Shown piece by piece: positions 1 to 14,200 of a DNA stretch of 64,000 nt (position 1 is its first letter; every line of letters starts with the position of its first letter). The DNA is from Balanoglossus misakiensis. Lineage: Eukaryota > Animalia > Hemichordata. The notes below the pieces were generated by a model. The model was given only the letters and a program-made list of their open reading frames with translations, was not told the origin of the DNA and did not search any database. The position numbers and the translations under genes are program-made. The stretch covers positions 9,455,337-9,519,336 of the forward strand of contig CM082586.2 in assembly GCA_040954595.2 (NCBI GenBank). The letters run 5' to 3'.

Positions 1-1647
1 ATCACATCCTCCGAAAATATGAATATTTACATGACATTATTGACATAACTGTTGCCATGGCTACCAGCAGTCTCCATCTAAACTGTTGCCATGGCTACCT
101 GTAGTGTCAGAACTCCAACCATTACATCACTGATATTGCTACATACAATTCTAACTATCATTTTTTTCAGATAACATTTAAATATTTACAAGTTTGCATT
201 TATTTTCAGTACTACATACATGCAAGAGTATTCAGTGGGTTTTTGGATTTACTCTTCAGGGCAAAATGCATGTCTAAATGGCTGTCTGACAAATGGAACA
301 ATTTCCTTCTGTAACTCTCTCCATCTGGCTAAACTCATTCCTCCAGCAGGCAATACAGAGGGTTTTATATGTGGTGATGGAGGCCAAGTAGCATTTCTTT
401 TGAGCAGATCTATACGGATTTCATCATCTGTGACTAATTTTCTAACATATACAGCACCAGGATCATTCTTGGTGAATCTAAAATGATGATAAACACGAAT
501 TCCCTTCAATGGTTTGAGAAATGAAGAAAAAAATGAATCCCACTCAAACCATTGAAAGTTGGGATCAGAATTCCGACTGCCATAACATTTCACATTGTTT
601 ATTCGTGAACTTTTTGACACAATGTCTGCCAGCTGCTGAACTGTGTCAACATCACTTCTACGATACACTTGCCGAATCTTACCGAAACAAGCATCACAAA
701 TGCACTTTGTATGACCTGGTTCCAAGAAATGATAATTAATTTCGTCATGTTAACCAGTACTGGTACGGTAACAAAAATAATGAATGACAGTTTTGTTTTT
801 ATTCTGACCTCCACAGTTGTCAGCATGGCAATGACAACTCTTTTCACCCAATCCATGCTCCTCAAAATAATTGTGAAGCATGCTAACTACATTATTGGCA
901 CCATGGCACTTTCTGTTATCAATGCCAATGGTCTCAGACTCATCAAACAGATAATTCATTTGAGATTGTTGACTATCATTACATATACCAAAGCAATTTA
1001 CACGTAGTGGATTCAGAAAATACAGTGGACTAACTTGACGAGACTGATGGGGCAGCAGAAAACTCTGTGCAAAATCAAATGTATAATGAACATTATGTAA
1101 ATCATAAGAGCAAGGACTACATGGGGGCTGAACTTCAATGTCTCTGAGTTCATCCTGTGCCTTTCTAATGCACAAGTTCAGAAATTCTCTTTCATTTTGT
1201 GATTTCAAAATGTGTCCTGAGAATGCAATACTAGAGTTCAGTTTGTCTTCTTCTGTTGAGGCAAACTGAATTTCATTCCGGAAGTGTTCACATTTGGCAC
1301 ACTCATCTGTACGAGGTTCCATTCGCTGAATGTGTGGTACACACAATTTCCAGATATTTCGGAAAGTTGTCTCCCCCACAGGCTGCTTGGTTGGCTGACA
1401 AACATTACAGGCCTCCACATACTTCTTATACATACCAGCCTTGGTGTCACAGGATGGAAGATAAATTGGAGGCCTTCCATCTCTACCACAAGGAGCAGCT
1501 GGCATAGGCAGACCATTGTCATCTGCATATCTGACCAGGAACTGAACAGCATCTTGCACTGTCTGTTTGGAAAAAAGAATAGTTAAGTCACTCAAAATAA
1601 ATTAGTGAACACTGAGAACACATATACAGGTTAGATAGCAAACCACC

Positions 1648-1890
1648 TAAAGGGACAAAGTCTCTCTCTCACTGCCCTTTTTTCCATTAATTATGTTTGA
1701 TACAAGACACCATTTGTTATTCTACGTGTGGATATAGGGAATCAATGTTGACCAAACACAACTTCCATCCCACTTGAAGATGCGAGAGTGAAAAACTGGC
1801 CGAAATGAATAATCGGTCTCTACCATTTATTCATTTTGACAAGATTTTTATTCTCATCCTGCAAAGTGGATGTTGTGTGTGGTCGAGCAC
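1648..1890 (+). mobile_element. Partial Kolobok-type MITE (AGGGACAAAGTCTCTCTC family) in a Sola1 intron
   Basis: Same sequence family as 10935-11290, 36311-37135 and 42119-42362 (shared AATCGGTCTCTACCATTTATTCATTTT). Confidence 0.65.
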
Positions 1891-1999
1891 TGATTCAATG
1901 TCGGAGGGTCCATGTGAAAGTCTCAGTGTCAATTGGGCATGCTCCAAACTGTGGGTGAAAAATACTACTTCAAGATGGCCAGCATATGAAGCAGCTGTC

Positions 2000-2366
2000 A
2001 GGAGGAGGAGACAAGATATTGAGGGGCCCAGATACAGTATTACTGTATACACATGATGACTGACTGTGACAATGAGGGCAACAGTGTATTTTTGATGACC
2101 TTGGGACTGAGGGCATAGGGAAAACAAGACTGTTTTAGTTGTGACTAGCAGTCCCGAGGTCATCAAAAATACACCGTTGCCCGAATATGTCAGTCATCAT
2201 GTGTTTTATAACACACCAAACATGACACACACCACATCCAGGCAACAGTACCAGGCAGAAACCGATCGAAATCATGCCCTAGGGAACAGTTCGAAATGAC
2301 TAAGGTCACGTGACGGCGTATTGACGAATCACGATCGAGTGTTCGCTGCATGGTGTGTTATAATAA
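2000..2366. mobile_element. Non-autonomous Crypton-like hairpin element (degenerate; left boundary approximate)
   Basis: The end CACGTGACGG...CGAATCACG...CATGGTGTGTTATAA resembles the ends of 9159-9600 and of the Crypton at 53535. An internal TTATAACACACCA is its inverted partner. Confidence 0.45.
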
Positions 2367-4430
2367 ATCCTGACGCCTTTGTTACGACTCAAGGCAACAA
2401 TAAACCGAACCCTGTCTAATCTGGAAACCTGTCTGTACTGAGCACCTATTCCTGTCCCTTTGACATAAAAGCACATGTTTGCGTGATAATAATAAACCAT
2501 AAATATGAAATTTATTACCAAGTATAAGTACACTCTTATACACATTTACATGGTATAAGAATATACTTCTTAAAGATATTTGTTATGGCATGCAGAAATG
2601 TAATACTTACTTCAAATGAATAGGCATTGGCTGGTCGTTTTCCTCGACGACCATGATCTCTGGGTACCACACCATGGATTTTGTAGTGGGCCTTTAAATT
2701 CTTGAACCTTTTCTCCCCTATAATTAGAGTTATAGGATGATAATACTAACTAATACTATCCCAAGATTATGTCAAAACAATGACTTCTCTGTAGTTTAAA
2801 TCTTCTCAAAATCGTTTGATACACATTTAAAAAGAAATTACTGTAAAGTTGTGTCTTCTCTTAAAAAATCAACATCAAGATTGTGGGGGCCAGGACACTT
2901 AGAAAACTCTTTGAGAAAAATCCCCAAGTAAACAAAGGTCATGTGAGGGAGGAAAAAGATGACATCATCATCCTTTATTGACTGTCACTGCTGCACTACG
3001 GTAAACTACGTGATGTGGGGAATCTATTAAAAATCAACAATCGGATGCAATAATTCACCTAACAATCCACATTTCGAGTACTCATGCTCGCACAGGGTGT
3101 GATGAGGATATCACGACGTGTAAATAAATCATTGGTGCCAACGTAAAAATACCCTGCCACTCACCCAAGTTGTGAATGTAACGCCAAACTTTTTCACACA
3201 CGCGTTGACCATCAAAGACGTAATCAAAGGACTGTCGCGCACGTTTACCACCACGGACAGGTTCTCCATGAACCTCACACTGTTCTAACTTTGCAAGGAT
3301 GAGAACATCAAGATGGTCTTTCTGGAATTCTGACATGTTCAAACGGTATTCCCACACCCTGTCCACAGCAAAGTTCGAGTAGCACTGGTGTTTACAAACA
3401 CACCCAGTCCGCATTACGGCCTCCACCGATGGCTTATCCAAGGCGTCACAGTCATTTCCTTCTTCGCGATCTTCTTGACCCATCTCTGGGTGTAACTGAG
3501 AGTACAGTCTCGCCAATTCGACTGGCTCTGCTTCAGGTACTGGCTCGTCTTCATCGCTATCGTCGTCGTCTCCCTGGTGGCAGTGATCGCGTACACTATC
3601 GGCTGAAACAGAACACTGGGAATTCTCCCTAGATTGCGGCGGACTAAATGTTTCGACCAACTCGTCGTGGCGTTCTTCGAGCAAAGTCCGCAGCTCGGCA
3701 TTTAATTGCGGGTCGAGAGGTACTGAGAATGCCATGATTTTACGCAACGGGAAACATCAGTAGCACAGCGATTTCTGACTCTGACCTCCTTAGCGCTGAG
3801 GTCACGTGTATATGAACTGAGCAAAATGGCGGGAATAAAATTAGATACAATGTAAACGCTCTACGTGAGAAGTGTTTTTTGAGCTATAGAAATCGAATTC
3901 AGTGAAGAAATGACATAAATGTTCTGTGTTTCGTGATATACTTTGAATATCTTTTGTCATTTTCTCGAAAAAGTTGGGCAATATACTGAACAAATCCATT
4001 TTCCTCCAGCGTGCAGGCGAATATTTGCATATGAAAAGCACACATAGAACGTCACCTATTCAAATGCAAATTACTAAAAATGACGTACACTTGCATAAGG
4101 GCCCTTTTCCCTTGCGGCGACCCAAATATTAGTGATGATTTGCCTACTTTATATGCCAGCACAGTCATGGGGTGACTGTGATGATGGTCGACAGTTAATA
4201 CATTTGGAAAAAAAATTGTCTTGACATGTCTTTATATGCTGCAGTCATGTCTGTAACTCCATGGTCATACACTATATTGAAACAGTCTGAGAATCAATGT
4301 AAGTTGACCACACTAAAAGTAGGACTGATCACAAATAAATATAAAACTAGATAGTTTCAGCTATAAGAAAGTGTAAGCTTACATTTCGTTCTATACTTGT
4401 CCTTCAACGACCCCATATTTGCACTGCTGG

Positions 4431-5023
4431 TTACAGTGTCATAAGTCCGCGTCCGTACGCCAGCTGACAACAACCCGTGTAACAATCTGTTGGATAATGT
4501 TCATAGCATTTCAAAGTTACGACGCGAGGCGAAGAATTCCAATTGAATCCGTGATCTTCCTCGCACTTGAAACTGACCCTCCCCGCGTGGCCCATCATAG
4601 TCGTGCGCTTTGAGGCAAGAGTTCCTCGACATGCTCCGGAGTGTGATTCGACAGTTTTTACGAGGTTCTGGACAGAGAGGGTCGTTGTCAAATACATCTG
4701 GTCCGTTCTATTGGACACCTCTGGTACACTGGTTCGTGGAAAGCACCTTCTTCTGGTTCGTCACGCATACCACCATTGCCGTTCGTTTCGTGACTCGTCA
4801 GGAAGAAATCAAGTACCGTTGATAACACGTCAAAATTTGTTGCCCTACCCTCCTTCATCAGAGTTCGAAGCTTTGAAATTTTACGTTGAATTGCTGTCTT
4901 ATCTTCAGTAGTTGGGGCAACAAAATCAACATTTCCGCGGACAGTGTTATCCCGCACCCGACGTATGTGACGATCCCTGATTGCTTCCCTAGTCATGGAA
5001 GGACAAATCTCTGAACCCGGCAT
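4431..5023 (-). pseudogene. Frameshifted fragment of a probable transposase N-terminus (Kolobok/Mutator-like)
   Basis: Two overlapping ORFs (4688-5023, 4431-4718) read as one protein with a C-x3-H-x3-W-x-SSP motif (CEEDHGFNWNSSP) like that seen upstream of Kolobok-type DDE domains. No catalytic core is present. Confidence 0.35.
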
Positions 5024-5362
5024 GTTTAAAAAAAACTCGAAAAATTAAAAAAAATGTCGACTGAAAATCTAAAAATATATCAAATTGTAAATAAAGAAAA
5101 ACTGCAAATGTTTAGTTTTTTTAATTTTTTATTGGTATTTTAAAAATGTTTTCCTGTTTTTTTGGTTACTTTTTCATGAATATGCGAATTAGATATTACA
5201 TATTCATGAGCACACACGCATTGCCGAGCTTAGGTGGTTTCCAAGGCTTCAGCCTCGTGGTTGCGTGGTTTCATGTGTGCATGGAGGTACTAGAGAGAAG
5301 GAGCGAGGACGGATTTTAAGCGGATTAACTCCCTTTCTTCTGAAGTGTGATAAGCTTCTTAA

Positions 5363-5972
5363 AGGGGAAATCCGCTGTAGCTGATTTCTACATAATTTGG
5401 TAGCTTTGATGTCTCTCTTTCAGAAAAATACATATTCGCCATGTATAGGTCGCGCGATTTTTTACAAAATCTAGGGAAAGTTGGCAATATGGCGTTTACT
5501 GTAATTTGAATCATGGGAAAAAAAGCGCCAGGAGCAACTTCCGCCCACCATGGTGTGGGTGATACCATTCTCCGATTGGTGTCACTGGTCGACAGACTAG
5601 GCGTATTTTCATAGCTATTGTTTGTTCTTTGCATCAGTTGATAAACAATCATCAGCAAAGTCGAAAATTTGTCATCTATTGACAGTTTTCATGAGCTATA
5701 ACCCATGAAAAATATGCAAATACGCTTAGCTTGTGACACAGTGACACCAATCGGAAAATGGTATCACCCACACCAAGGTGGGCGGAAGTTGGTCCTGGCG
5801 CTTTTTTTCCCATGATTCAAATTACAGTAAACGCCATATTGGAAATTCTGCCAACTTTCCCTACATTTTGTAAAAAATCGCGCGACCTATACATGGCGAA
5901 TATGTTTTTTTCTGAAAGAGAGACATCAAAGCTACCAAATTATGTAGAAATCAGCTACAGCGGATTTCCCCT
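5363..5972. mobile_element. Kolobok-type MITE with ~220-bp near-perfect TIRs and TTAA TSD
   Basis: TTAA|AGGGGAAATCCGCTGTAGC...GCTACAGCGGATTTCCCCT|TTAA, with TSDs at 5359-5362 and 5973-5976. The arms are reverse complements over >200 bp. Confidence 0.9.
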
Positions 5973-7142
5973 TTAAGTCTTTGTGTTTCTGTGTTGAAAG
6001 CGTCCTTTGAACCCACTGTGCGTTACCGCCGATTTTACAGTTAGGTTTGCAAGATCTACGGGGTAATATTTCTATGATATTAAAAACACAATGCGCACAT
6101 CGCGGACGAGCGTACTACATATGCGTGGTGACTTTTATTTACATCTAGGGGTGAAGTTTACGCATCACCACTACCGGAAACGTGTCAGGCGGACGTCTTG
6201 GAAGACTTGTGGCGTTATTTTTCTTCTTTGTACAACCAAAAAGCATGATTTTGAAATGTATATTTTGAGTTTTTCGCAAACTTCCGCAAAAAACAATAAG
6301 TTCTTAGGTTTTCTTTGAAAACCAATCTTCCCGATGCAAGTATTTTTGTTCGCGTGGGATGGTGTGGGATGCCCGATAGTCACCATTGTAATTGCTAGTG
6401 CAGAGACTTTCGGCACAGCAGTTTGGTCTGGTTGAATATGCTAAATGTAAATCATGGAGACACGCCGCCAGCTATAATTTGTTTATCTACGCAAGCGCAC
6501 AGCTTTTATGAACGCCTATCAGGTGATAAAAGGATGAGATCCTAATGATATCTGCAAACAGATTAAGACGCACATGGGGTTTATAGGAAACAATAGCGTC
6601 CTCGCTCCTTCTATCTAGTACCTCCATAGTCTTGTTCTCACTAAAAGTTTTGACACCGGTGTAATGCCAGTGTTTACTCTCTGCAAACACAGGGGATTAG
6701 TCCACAGAATCTCCGTGCGTCCACACACTAAACTTTTGGCCACTGTTTTGAAATAAACATCGTCTAAATGGCCATGTTTAGCAACACGGCAACTAACAAA
6801 ATTGAGGACGTCGAGGACATTACAGCAACATGTTGCAGTTTCTATACCTGCATATGCGTTCTAGACGACTTTGTGACAGTTTTGATAATGTTTAGAAGTA
6901 AATGAATGTTAATCCATAAATCGAAAATGCCTCAGCTTTTCGGTGATCGAGAGAACCTTCCGAAAGTTGGTAGCAGACAGAAGTGTTGCAGACCATGCAA
7001 ACTGCGAATGGTTTGAAAACCACTCACGTCCAGTGTGATTGACTTAACAATGGAAACTGACCATAGACAATGGGCTATACCTAATAAACATACCCAAAAG
7101 TCACTGCAGGGTGGCGCTTTTGAACGGTGTTTGTTTATCTTT

Positions 7143-7324
7143 GCGTTCTCACTGACTATTTGCGTCGGAGCGCTGGCCCAGCACTGGCCCTGACCCGCCA
7201 CCCATCGCCGTCGCAAATCAACACCGGCCCAACACCGGTGTAAAGCGTTCTCACTTGTTTTTTTCCGTCGGTGTCAAATCTACACCGCTGTAGCACCGGT
7301 GTAAACGTGCCAGTGAGAACGCCC
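7143..7324. mobile_element. PIF/Harbinger-like MITE remnant
   Basis: GCGTTCTCACTG at 7143 and CAGTGAGAACGCCC ending at 7324 are inverted. Internal ACACCGG repeats are present. Confidence 0.5.
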
Positions 7325-9158
7325 TATATGATGTGTGGGCGGGCGTGGACCGAAACGGCGAGGTTTTGACGAAAATTCGGCAAAAAAATGTCAAAAATCT
7401 CCCCGTTTCGGTCCTTAAATGTGCCCAAAACTCATAACACATTCAGAAAACGACGTTTGCGAGCGAATGGACAGAAGTAAAATAGTCTATGGTATTGTAT
7501 CGCGACAGACATGTGCAGCGTGTGGGCGGTACGCGGTACATCCGATTCATGTTGTTTTAGTCGATGCCTTCATTTCCTGCCAACGTAATCGTCGGTGTAA
7601 GACTGCTTTTTACGGTAAACTGTACAATGAAGGTAAGTTCTTATCAGCTATTTTCGGATTGCATGTGATGCGAGTTTCGTTCGGTACGTGCGATCGATAG
7701 TATGGCATGCAGAGGACGGCCTAAGTATAATCTCATTCTGGGTCATAGCAGTGGTGTTTTCTGGCAATTTTTGTCTGACATTTTGCGGGCAATTTTCTGA
7801 TCGACACGGAAAAAGAGCCCGTAAAAAGGAAAAGTACAATTAGCCAGAAAACACCACAGCTGCAGCTATGGACCCATGCCACGCACAGTCTGACTTGGGC
7901 GGGAAAAACTTGTTTGTAGCATTTTCCTGTGCAACTAGGCCATATGTTAATTACTTGTTTGTTAAGTCTTGTAACACTCCTTTGTCTCAATTTATTGTGT
8001 AGCACACTGTTTCCAGTCTCCTTGTATTAACAAAGTGCAGGTGCAGGTGGTGTTTACAATGTGAGATTTGAACACTGCCAGGTTGGGGGTTGAAACCAAA
8101 GGGTCCCATTATTTTGGGAGAAGTGGTTCAACAACATTGTCAAGAAATGTGCATTTTTATGAGTGACAAATATAGATGATTGCCTTTCCATCAAAATTCA
8201 AAACTACAAAGTTATTTTTTATTAACATCAAGCAGAAAATTGAAAGTCTCAGCCACAGCTACAAGATTGGTTGTGGCCACAGCCTGAACACAGACATACA
8301 AATGCCATGCATTTGGTACTACATTTTGGTAGCAAATGACAAGGAAAGAACATCTGATTTGGAAGTAAATTATACAATGCAAACATTTGGAAAAATTATT
8401 TACAGTAAATTAAACCACAACAAAATGAACTTAAATTCACCAAAGTTAACAATATCTTGTATATTTACTCTGCATCAGAAGTCACAAAAATCTCCATGTC
8501 ATTAGAAAAATATGCCATATTTCTGAATGTACGTGTAGTGTACAAAATATGTCCACACTGAGTAATCAAATTGCATGCACATACAGCTGGAAATACTTCA
8601 CCTCTCAGTTATAATCAATATTCCAGCGTTTCAAAAAATGTGTTGCCATTTTTGTTTGTTTGTACAATTTCAATATACGTTTATTTCTCTTGTAATCTTC
8701 CAAATTTGGTGCACAACCCCAATGATTTATGCAATATTCTTGTTCCCACTTTTTGATTGACAGCTTGGCTATGCTGTATGATTTCATCAGCTTTGTTCCT
8801 ACTTTCACCTTAGCTTCTATATATTCATTTATTAACTTCTTATCATTGGGAAGGGCCTTCAAAGAATTTCGTGATTTATCAAATTATTCGACTTCTTTTG
8901 TCTCTCCAAGGACAAATATCAGACTGTCCATCGTGGTTGAAGAAGTATCACTAACTTTACTCTGAGATTGATGACTCTTCATGTGTGGCTGTTATCTTTG
9001 CTGTTGATTTGGCAACTTCTTTGATACTTGACTTGCCTGAATGCAAACAAGAAAACAACATTAAGGTTTAACAGCAATAATAATGAGTTTTTCTTAAAGT
9101 GATTTCCTTTTGGGCCTCTTAAACTGACCTGGGGTTCCACAAGGTCAACATGAAATAT

Positions 9159-9600
9159 TGAACACCTATTGCCTGGCCATGAGCGCCATAGCGGCCGTTT
9201 ATTACACCCGAGGGGCTGTGAGTTACCAGAAACATATGCGGCCGAGGGAAATAGCATATGATTCTGGTAACTCACAGTCACGAGGGGGTAAATTTAAAAC
9301 GGCTGCTATGGCCCGAATATAGGCCAGGCTATAGGTGTTTTATAATAAACCTCATGCTAACAGCTGGGAAAATCTTGCAATTTTTTCTTGAGGCTGGCAG
9401 ACGACATCTTCAGTGGTGGCCATTGTGTCAGACGACGCGACGCTGATTGACGTGACCGAGTCTGCGCACTCACGCGGGTCACGTGACCGGTTTATATTTT
9501 TTCTGCTATTTCCCTAGCGGTTCATAGTCGATTCTATTTTCCTATCACGTGACGGATTCTGGCGAATCACGGCACAGTATTAGCATGAGGTATATTATAA
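9159..9600. mobile_element. Non-autonomous internal-deletion derivative of the CryptonA at 50923-53535
   Basis: Both ends are near-identical to the autonomous copy (TGAACACCTATTGCCTGGCCATGAG... and ...TTAGCATGAGGTATATTATAA). It keeps only the 5' tip of the recombinase ORF and sits in an intron of the 8605-14570 gene. Confidence 0.85.
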
Positions 9601-10934
9601 ATGTACATATATGTGGGTGTGTCATGTTTCATATCTTTTCCCGCTCACACACATTTATCTTTCCTTTCTAAAATAAAATTGAAATGACTATCTCCTGCAC
9701 TGTGACATAACTATGTGCTTGGAATGTGGGCTTGCAGATTTATTTGGGGATGGTGGGGGGGGGGGGGGAGGAAATAAGAATGAGTGGAACCTTGAAATGA
9801 ACAATCCCATACATGGTAACTTCACTATAGTAATAGTTACCTTCTTGAGTGCAGCAATTTTCCATACCATTGACTTCCATCCTTTCTGCTTCAACTGTCT
9901 CCTCAGTGTGCTCTGTTTCCAAATCACAGTCTGTCATGTTGATGTCTTCCCCTGTACTATGCTGTGTCTGTCTTGTATCTTCTATTGGTATACTGCAACG
10001 GGTCTCCTCAGCATTGCTACCATGTAATGTTATGTTCCTTTCAGGTACACTTGTCGGCTCGATGTCATTCATGTCCATGGTGATATCAGGGGCAAGTATA
10101 TCATCTTCTACTGAGAGGATGTGTTCATGGGAACCAGGATCAATCAACAAGTCATGGTCATCATCATCTACACCAATTGGATGCTCTGGAATTTCCTCGG
10201 ATTCTATAAGGTAGTATAAAATATTGACATTTTTTGTAGTGCTTGTATTATATAGTGTTATTTCAAAATTTATTACTGTTATAGACTAATCATAATTCAA
10301 AAATAATTTCAAACGTTCATTTAACTAAGCCGTTCCAGCCAGTATTTATGTCACTCAATTTTGCTAAATCAGGCGAGAAGCAACACATTTCGCCCATTAG
10401 ATATACTTTCATTGAATTCATGTGGTATTGAAAGTTGAACATGGCTGGGTATATATAGGTCAATTAATTTTGACAGGCTGAAGTGAAAGAAATTCATATT
10501 TTTGAAAGTAATGTTTCCCCCAAAATTATATGCATACAGATGAAGTCACTTATTTGGTTTGACTGTGATGTAATATGCTCTTACGTCTGCTATCATCTTG
10601 AAAGCCTGTGACAGTGAGGCTACCACTTCTTTCACCATTGCTGTCATAGAGCTTTATCTTGTGGATTGGTAAAGCAATTGCTTCACTTCTTACTCTGTCC
10701 ACACAATCTTACCAACACCTGTTGATATCACATTGTACCTTTTGCAGAGATTATGACCGGAAATGATGCAGATGAGGTCCTGGTTCCTATAGAAATAAAC
10801 AGGTAAGGAGATTGATCAAACATTCTTTATATAACAGTTTACACACAACACCAATGGCTAATGTAAGTACTATAATCTTGGACAATTTTTACAATAGAAT
10901 TTTCCAAAATAAATAAGGATTTGCATGCTGTTAA

Positions 10935-11290
10935 AGGGACAAAGTCTCTCTCTCTCGCTGCCCTTTTCCCATTAATATTATGTTTCATTCAAGACACTGT
11001 TTATGTTAATTTACATGTGGATATATACTGAATGAACATTCAACCACACACACCTTCCATCCCGCTTGTAGACACGAGAGTGAAAAACCTTGCCAAAATG
11101 AACAATCGGTCTCTACCATTTATTCATTTTGGGCGAGTTTTTACTCTCATATACAAGCATGGTGGAACTTGTGTGTGGTTGAACGTTCATTCACTACATA
11201 TACACATGTACATTAACATAAATGGTGTTTTGTATCAAACACAAAAAGAAAAAGGGCAGCGAGTGAGAGACCTTTTTAGAAAGCCATAAA
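10935..11290. mobile_element. Kolobok-type MITE (AGGGACAAAG family) in an intron
   Basis: TTAA|AGGGACAAAGTCTCTCTCTCTCGCTGCCC at the left, with a degenerate GGGCAGCGAGTGAGAGAC right arm near 11255-11271. Confidence 0.7.
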
Positions 11291-14200
11291 ACATGTGGGA
11301 TATCCGAGAATAGTTCTATTATTTGTAAAAATGGAGGTTGCTCGTCACAAAAAATAACAGAACCTGCTTGACAGAAAAGTTCCATGAAAAAGACAGGGCA
11401 TGTATAGATGTAATTTTTGATGCTTTGATACTATATTTTAGATTAGTTTTTCCTGTCCCAAAACACCATGCAATCTGTTGTATTATGTCTGCATATAATC
11501 AACAGTAATTGTTATTGAAAAGAAATAAAAGTGTGAGTTAAAATATTTGGGACTAAATTGCACTGCAGATACCTTGAAATCATCCTGGGTATCAGAGTTA
11601 AAAACTCTATTGCTTCCTCATGTCTCTGCCACAATGCACCTTCTCCTGGCAGCAAGAAATCTGCAATCCTTTCATAGTGGCTTTGCAGTAGTGTTGGTCG
11701 TCGCAGTATTTCGTCCTCAGGGATTACTGTATTCTGACGTTTTGGGAGCTGCTTTCCAATTTTGCTAATTTCAGATTCTATAATTTGTGATGGATCTCTT
11801 TCTTTTGTCATCTCTTCTCCTGCACCTAGACGTATCATGGCATTACCTATGATACCACCTGGACGCTTGGAGGAAGTTGTTTTCGTCACTCTCCGTATTC
11901 GATTGAAAACTCGCTCCTGGTTTTCAGCATTTGTTGACCTCAGAGAAACCAATCTCAGTTGATCAGGTAGATGGACGGTGATGTTATGGAAATACCGCCC
12001 GAACATCTTTCGGTTGGTAAGTTTCTTTGGCTTCTCAAATACCCTTTTGCACAATATTCCATGCAAAAATACAGTGTTATACAATCGCAGAATCAGTCGT
12101 GGGCATCTGTCATTGTCATTGTTTATAAGCAGTTTCGCTTATTTCAGCAAGCGTGTCAATAAGCTGACCATGCTCAGTATTTATGTTGTTCTCGTGAAGA
12201 TACTGGGACACCAGAAGGATAGCTTTGCGTGCATCGCATCCCCGAATTTCGTCTTTACCACCATATGTTGCCTGAATAAAGTTCTGTAACTTTACTGCTT
12301 CTTCTTTATCCTTGGTTTGTGCTGGAATTTCTTCTAACACATTGTGGATGTGTCCCTTCAGGTCATGGAGTGGCTCTGATGGCAAAATTTCATATGCAGA
12401 GCAGTTTATTTCAGCAAGATTATATTCTGGAGTGAGATGGAGCAGTGCTGGTACTCTCTGCATACCATGTAAAATTTCAGAGAGTTTAGATTGTAAGTCT
12501 GGCTTCTTTAATCCTTCAGTTTCTTCAACCCTAGCATCAAGCTCTCTCCTAAGGTCGGCCACTGTTAAGTTGGCAAATGGATGGGGAGTTTGCCGTGACT
12601 TTTCTCTCCATATTGGGCTGCCCTTGATTAACAAGTTACGTTTCTCATCTATTGACAGATATTTCAGATGGTAACATGCAGACAGATCATCATGTCTTCT
12701 TGACTCTATTCCACAGATGCACTGGTAGTGACCTCCTTTCTGGTGCTAATCCTCAAACTCCTGTGCCGGTCCATCACCATGAAAAAATATCGGATGTTAT
12801 TGGTCCTGTTGCACATTTTAGATCTTCTACTCTGGTTTCAACATATGACAGCTGATCAACGTCATTGGAGTTGGATCGTCCCATTATATATAGATGTGGC
12901 TTCTCAACAAGCGAGTCAACGTTTACTTTTTTTCCGTGTTTCTCCAAGTACTCCTCATTTGTCAGATATGTTGCCGCGTCGTATATCCAGCTCACCATGA
13001 AGACAATGTGGGAATGGTTGCCTACAGTACTGTGGTCATGCCATATTTTGAAGTGCCGTGAGTGATGTAGTCTTTTTAATTTACTGCGCATTTCATCGAT
13101 GGTTTCTCCTTCTTTCAACTCGTGTATTCTTTGTAGCTCATCCCTTATTTCTTTTTCTTCTAGGTTTTGGTAATGACCGTCGTCATACCCATAAACATGG
13201 CTTCTCAGAACACCAAGCTTAATTTGTCTGTCAAGCTCTCGTTTTCGGATTGTCTGTAAGTTTATTTTTCTAGCGTAGATTGTATAAGTTTCTTCTTTTA
13301 ATTTGCCATCTTTTCCAATGGTCATCTTTTGGAACTCTTTTGGTGCTATTAATTCACCGATGTCGATTTCGCCACTTCTTATTTTTGTTTTCAATATTTC
13401 TTGCAGGGCTCTTGCTGGTCGGTGTTGAGGAAGTGACACCTCCCCCAAGACCTTTCAATGTTTTACGGTGTACTCTTCTGACAAAATCTCGACCTTGAAC
13501 CTTCTTATTGATATTGAACTTGTCAGTGTCGATGCCAGCTGAGGTTGCGTACTCTTTCAGTATTTGGCCACCATTTGCAGCTGTTAGCCCGTACTTTCTC
13601 GCAAGGCTACTCCAGTTGACCTTGCCAGCATCATAATTAGAAAGTTCACTTACAAATGAGCTTTTGTCCCATTCAACAGACTCTGTTTTACAACATGGTC
13701 TTTTGGTGTCAGCTTGTTGAGGGATTCTAGTTGTAGACGGCGATTTACTCGCTTCTTGGCAGAATCGGTAGACTCAAAGACAACAGACCGTCAACATGAT
13801 TCGTAGCAAGCAAATGACTGACCGGATCCTAGGATTGTTTTTAAATCTCCGTCATTTTTAGCGTGGGATTTTTCGATGCTTTGCTTGACATTAGTATAAA
13901 GTGCTCGTCTGTCTTTCTTTTTCTGTTCTTTGCTGATTTTTGTCGGTAGCTTGAACCCCTGAACTTTGAGAAGCGCTTCACTGAAAGGTGTTGAGTACAC
14001 TTTATTGTATGACTCCTCTACTCGCTGATATAGCTGTCCGGCAGTTCTTACGGCAGATTTAAGAGGGACAGTCAGCTTTGTCTCATGTGGATTTTGTAGT
14101 TGTTGCATCTCTCCCATTGCATCTTCAATTACCTCAACAGTCGAGAAGGGAAGACTTTTGATATGTTTCTGATAGTACTTGTTCAAAAGCAGAACATCAA

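Larger units (their letters stand above)
249..3735 (-). pseudogene. Sola1-type DDD transposase, 3 exons (3735-3165, 2717-2611, 1562-249), single in-frame TAA at 750-752
   Basis: GT-AG junctions join in frame (...IHNLG/EKRFKNLKAHY...AYSFE/TVQDAVQF...). Motifs TFDFAQ, HADNCGGQNKN and EPGHTKCICDACFG match the Sola1 D-D-D triad pattern. ORFs 750..1595 and 249..725 are in the same frame, separated by one stop. Confidence 0.8.
1..4123 (-). mobile_element. Sola1-like DNA transposon (other end probably outside the window)
   Basis: Contains the transposase gene. The probable terminus ...TTTTCCCTTGCGGCGACCC ends at 4123 and is followed by AAAT, which fits the AWWT 4-bp target of Sola1. The matching TIR is not visible. 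Confidence 0.55.

Noticed and set aside
5359-5976. Two near-identical ORFs on opposite strands (99 aa and 72 aa)
   Set aside because: They are a by-product of the MITE's long inverted repeats and have no recognisable domain.
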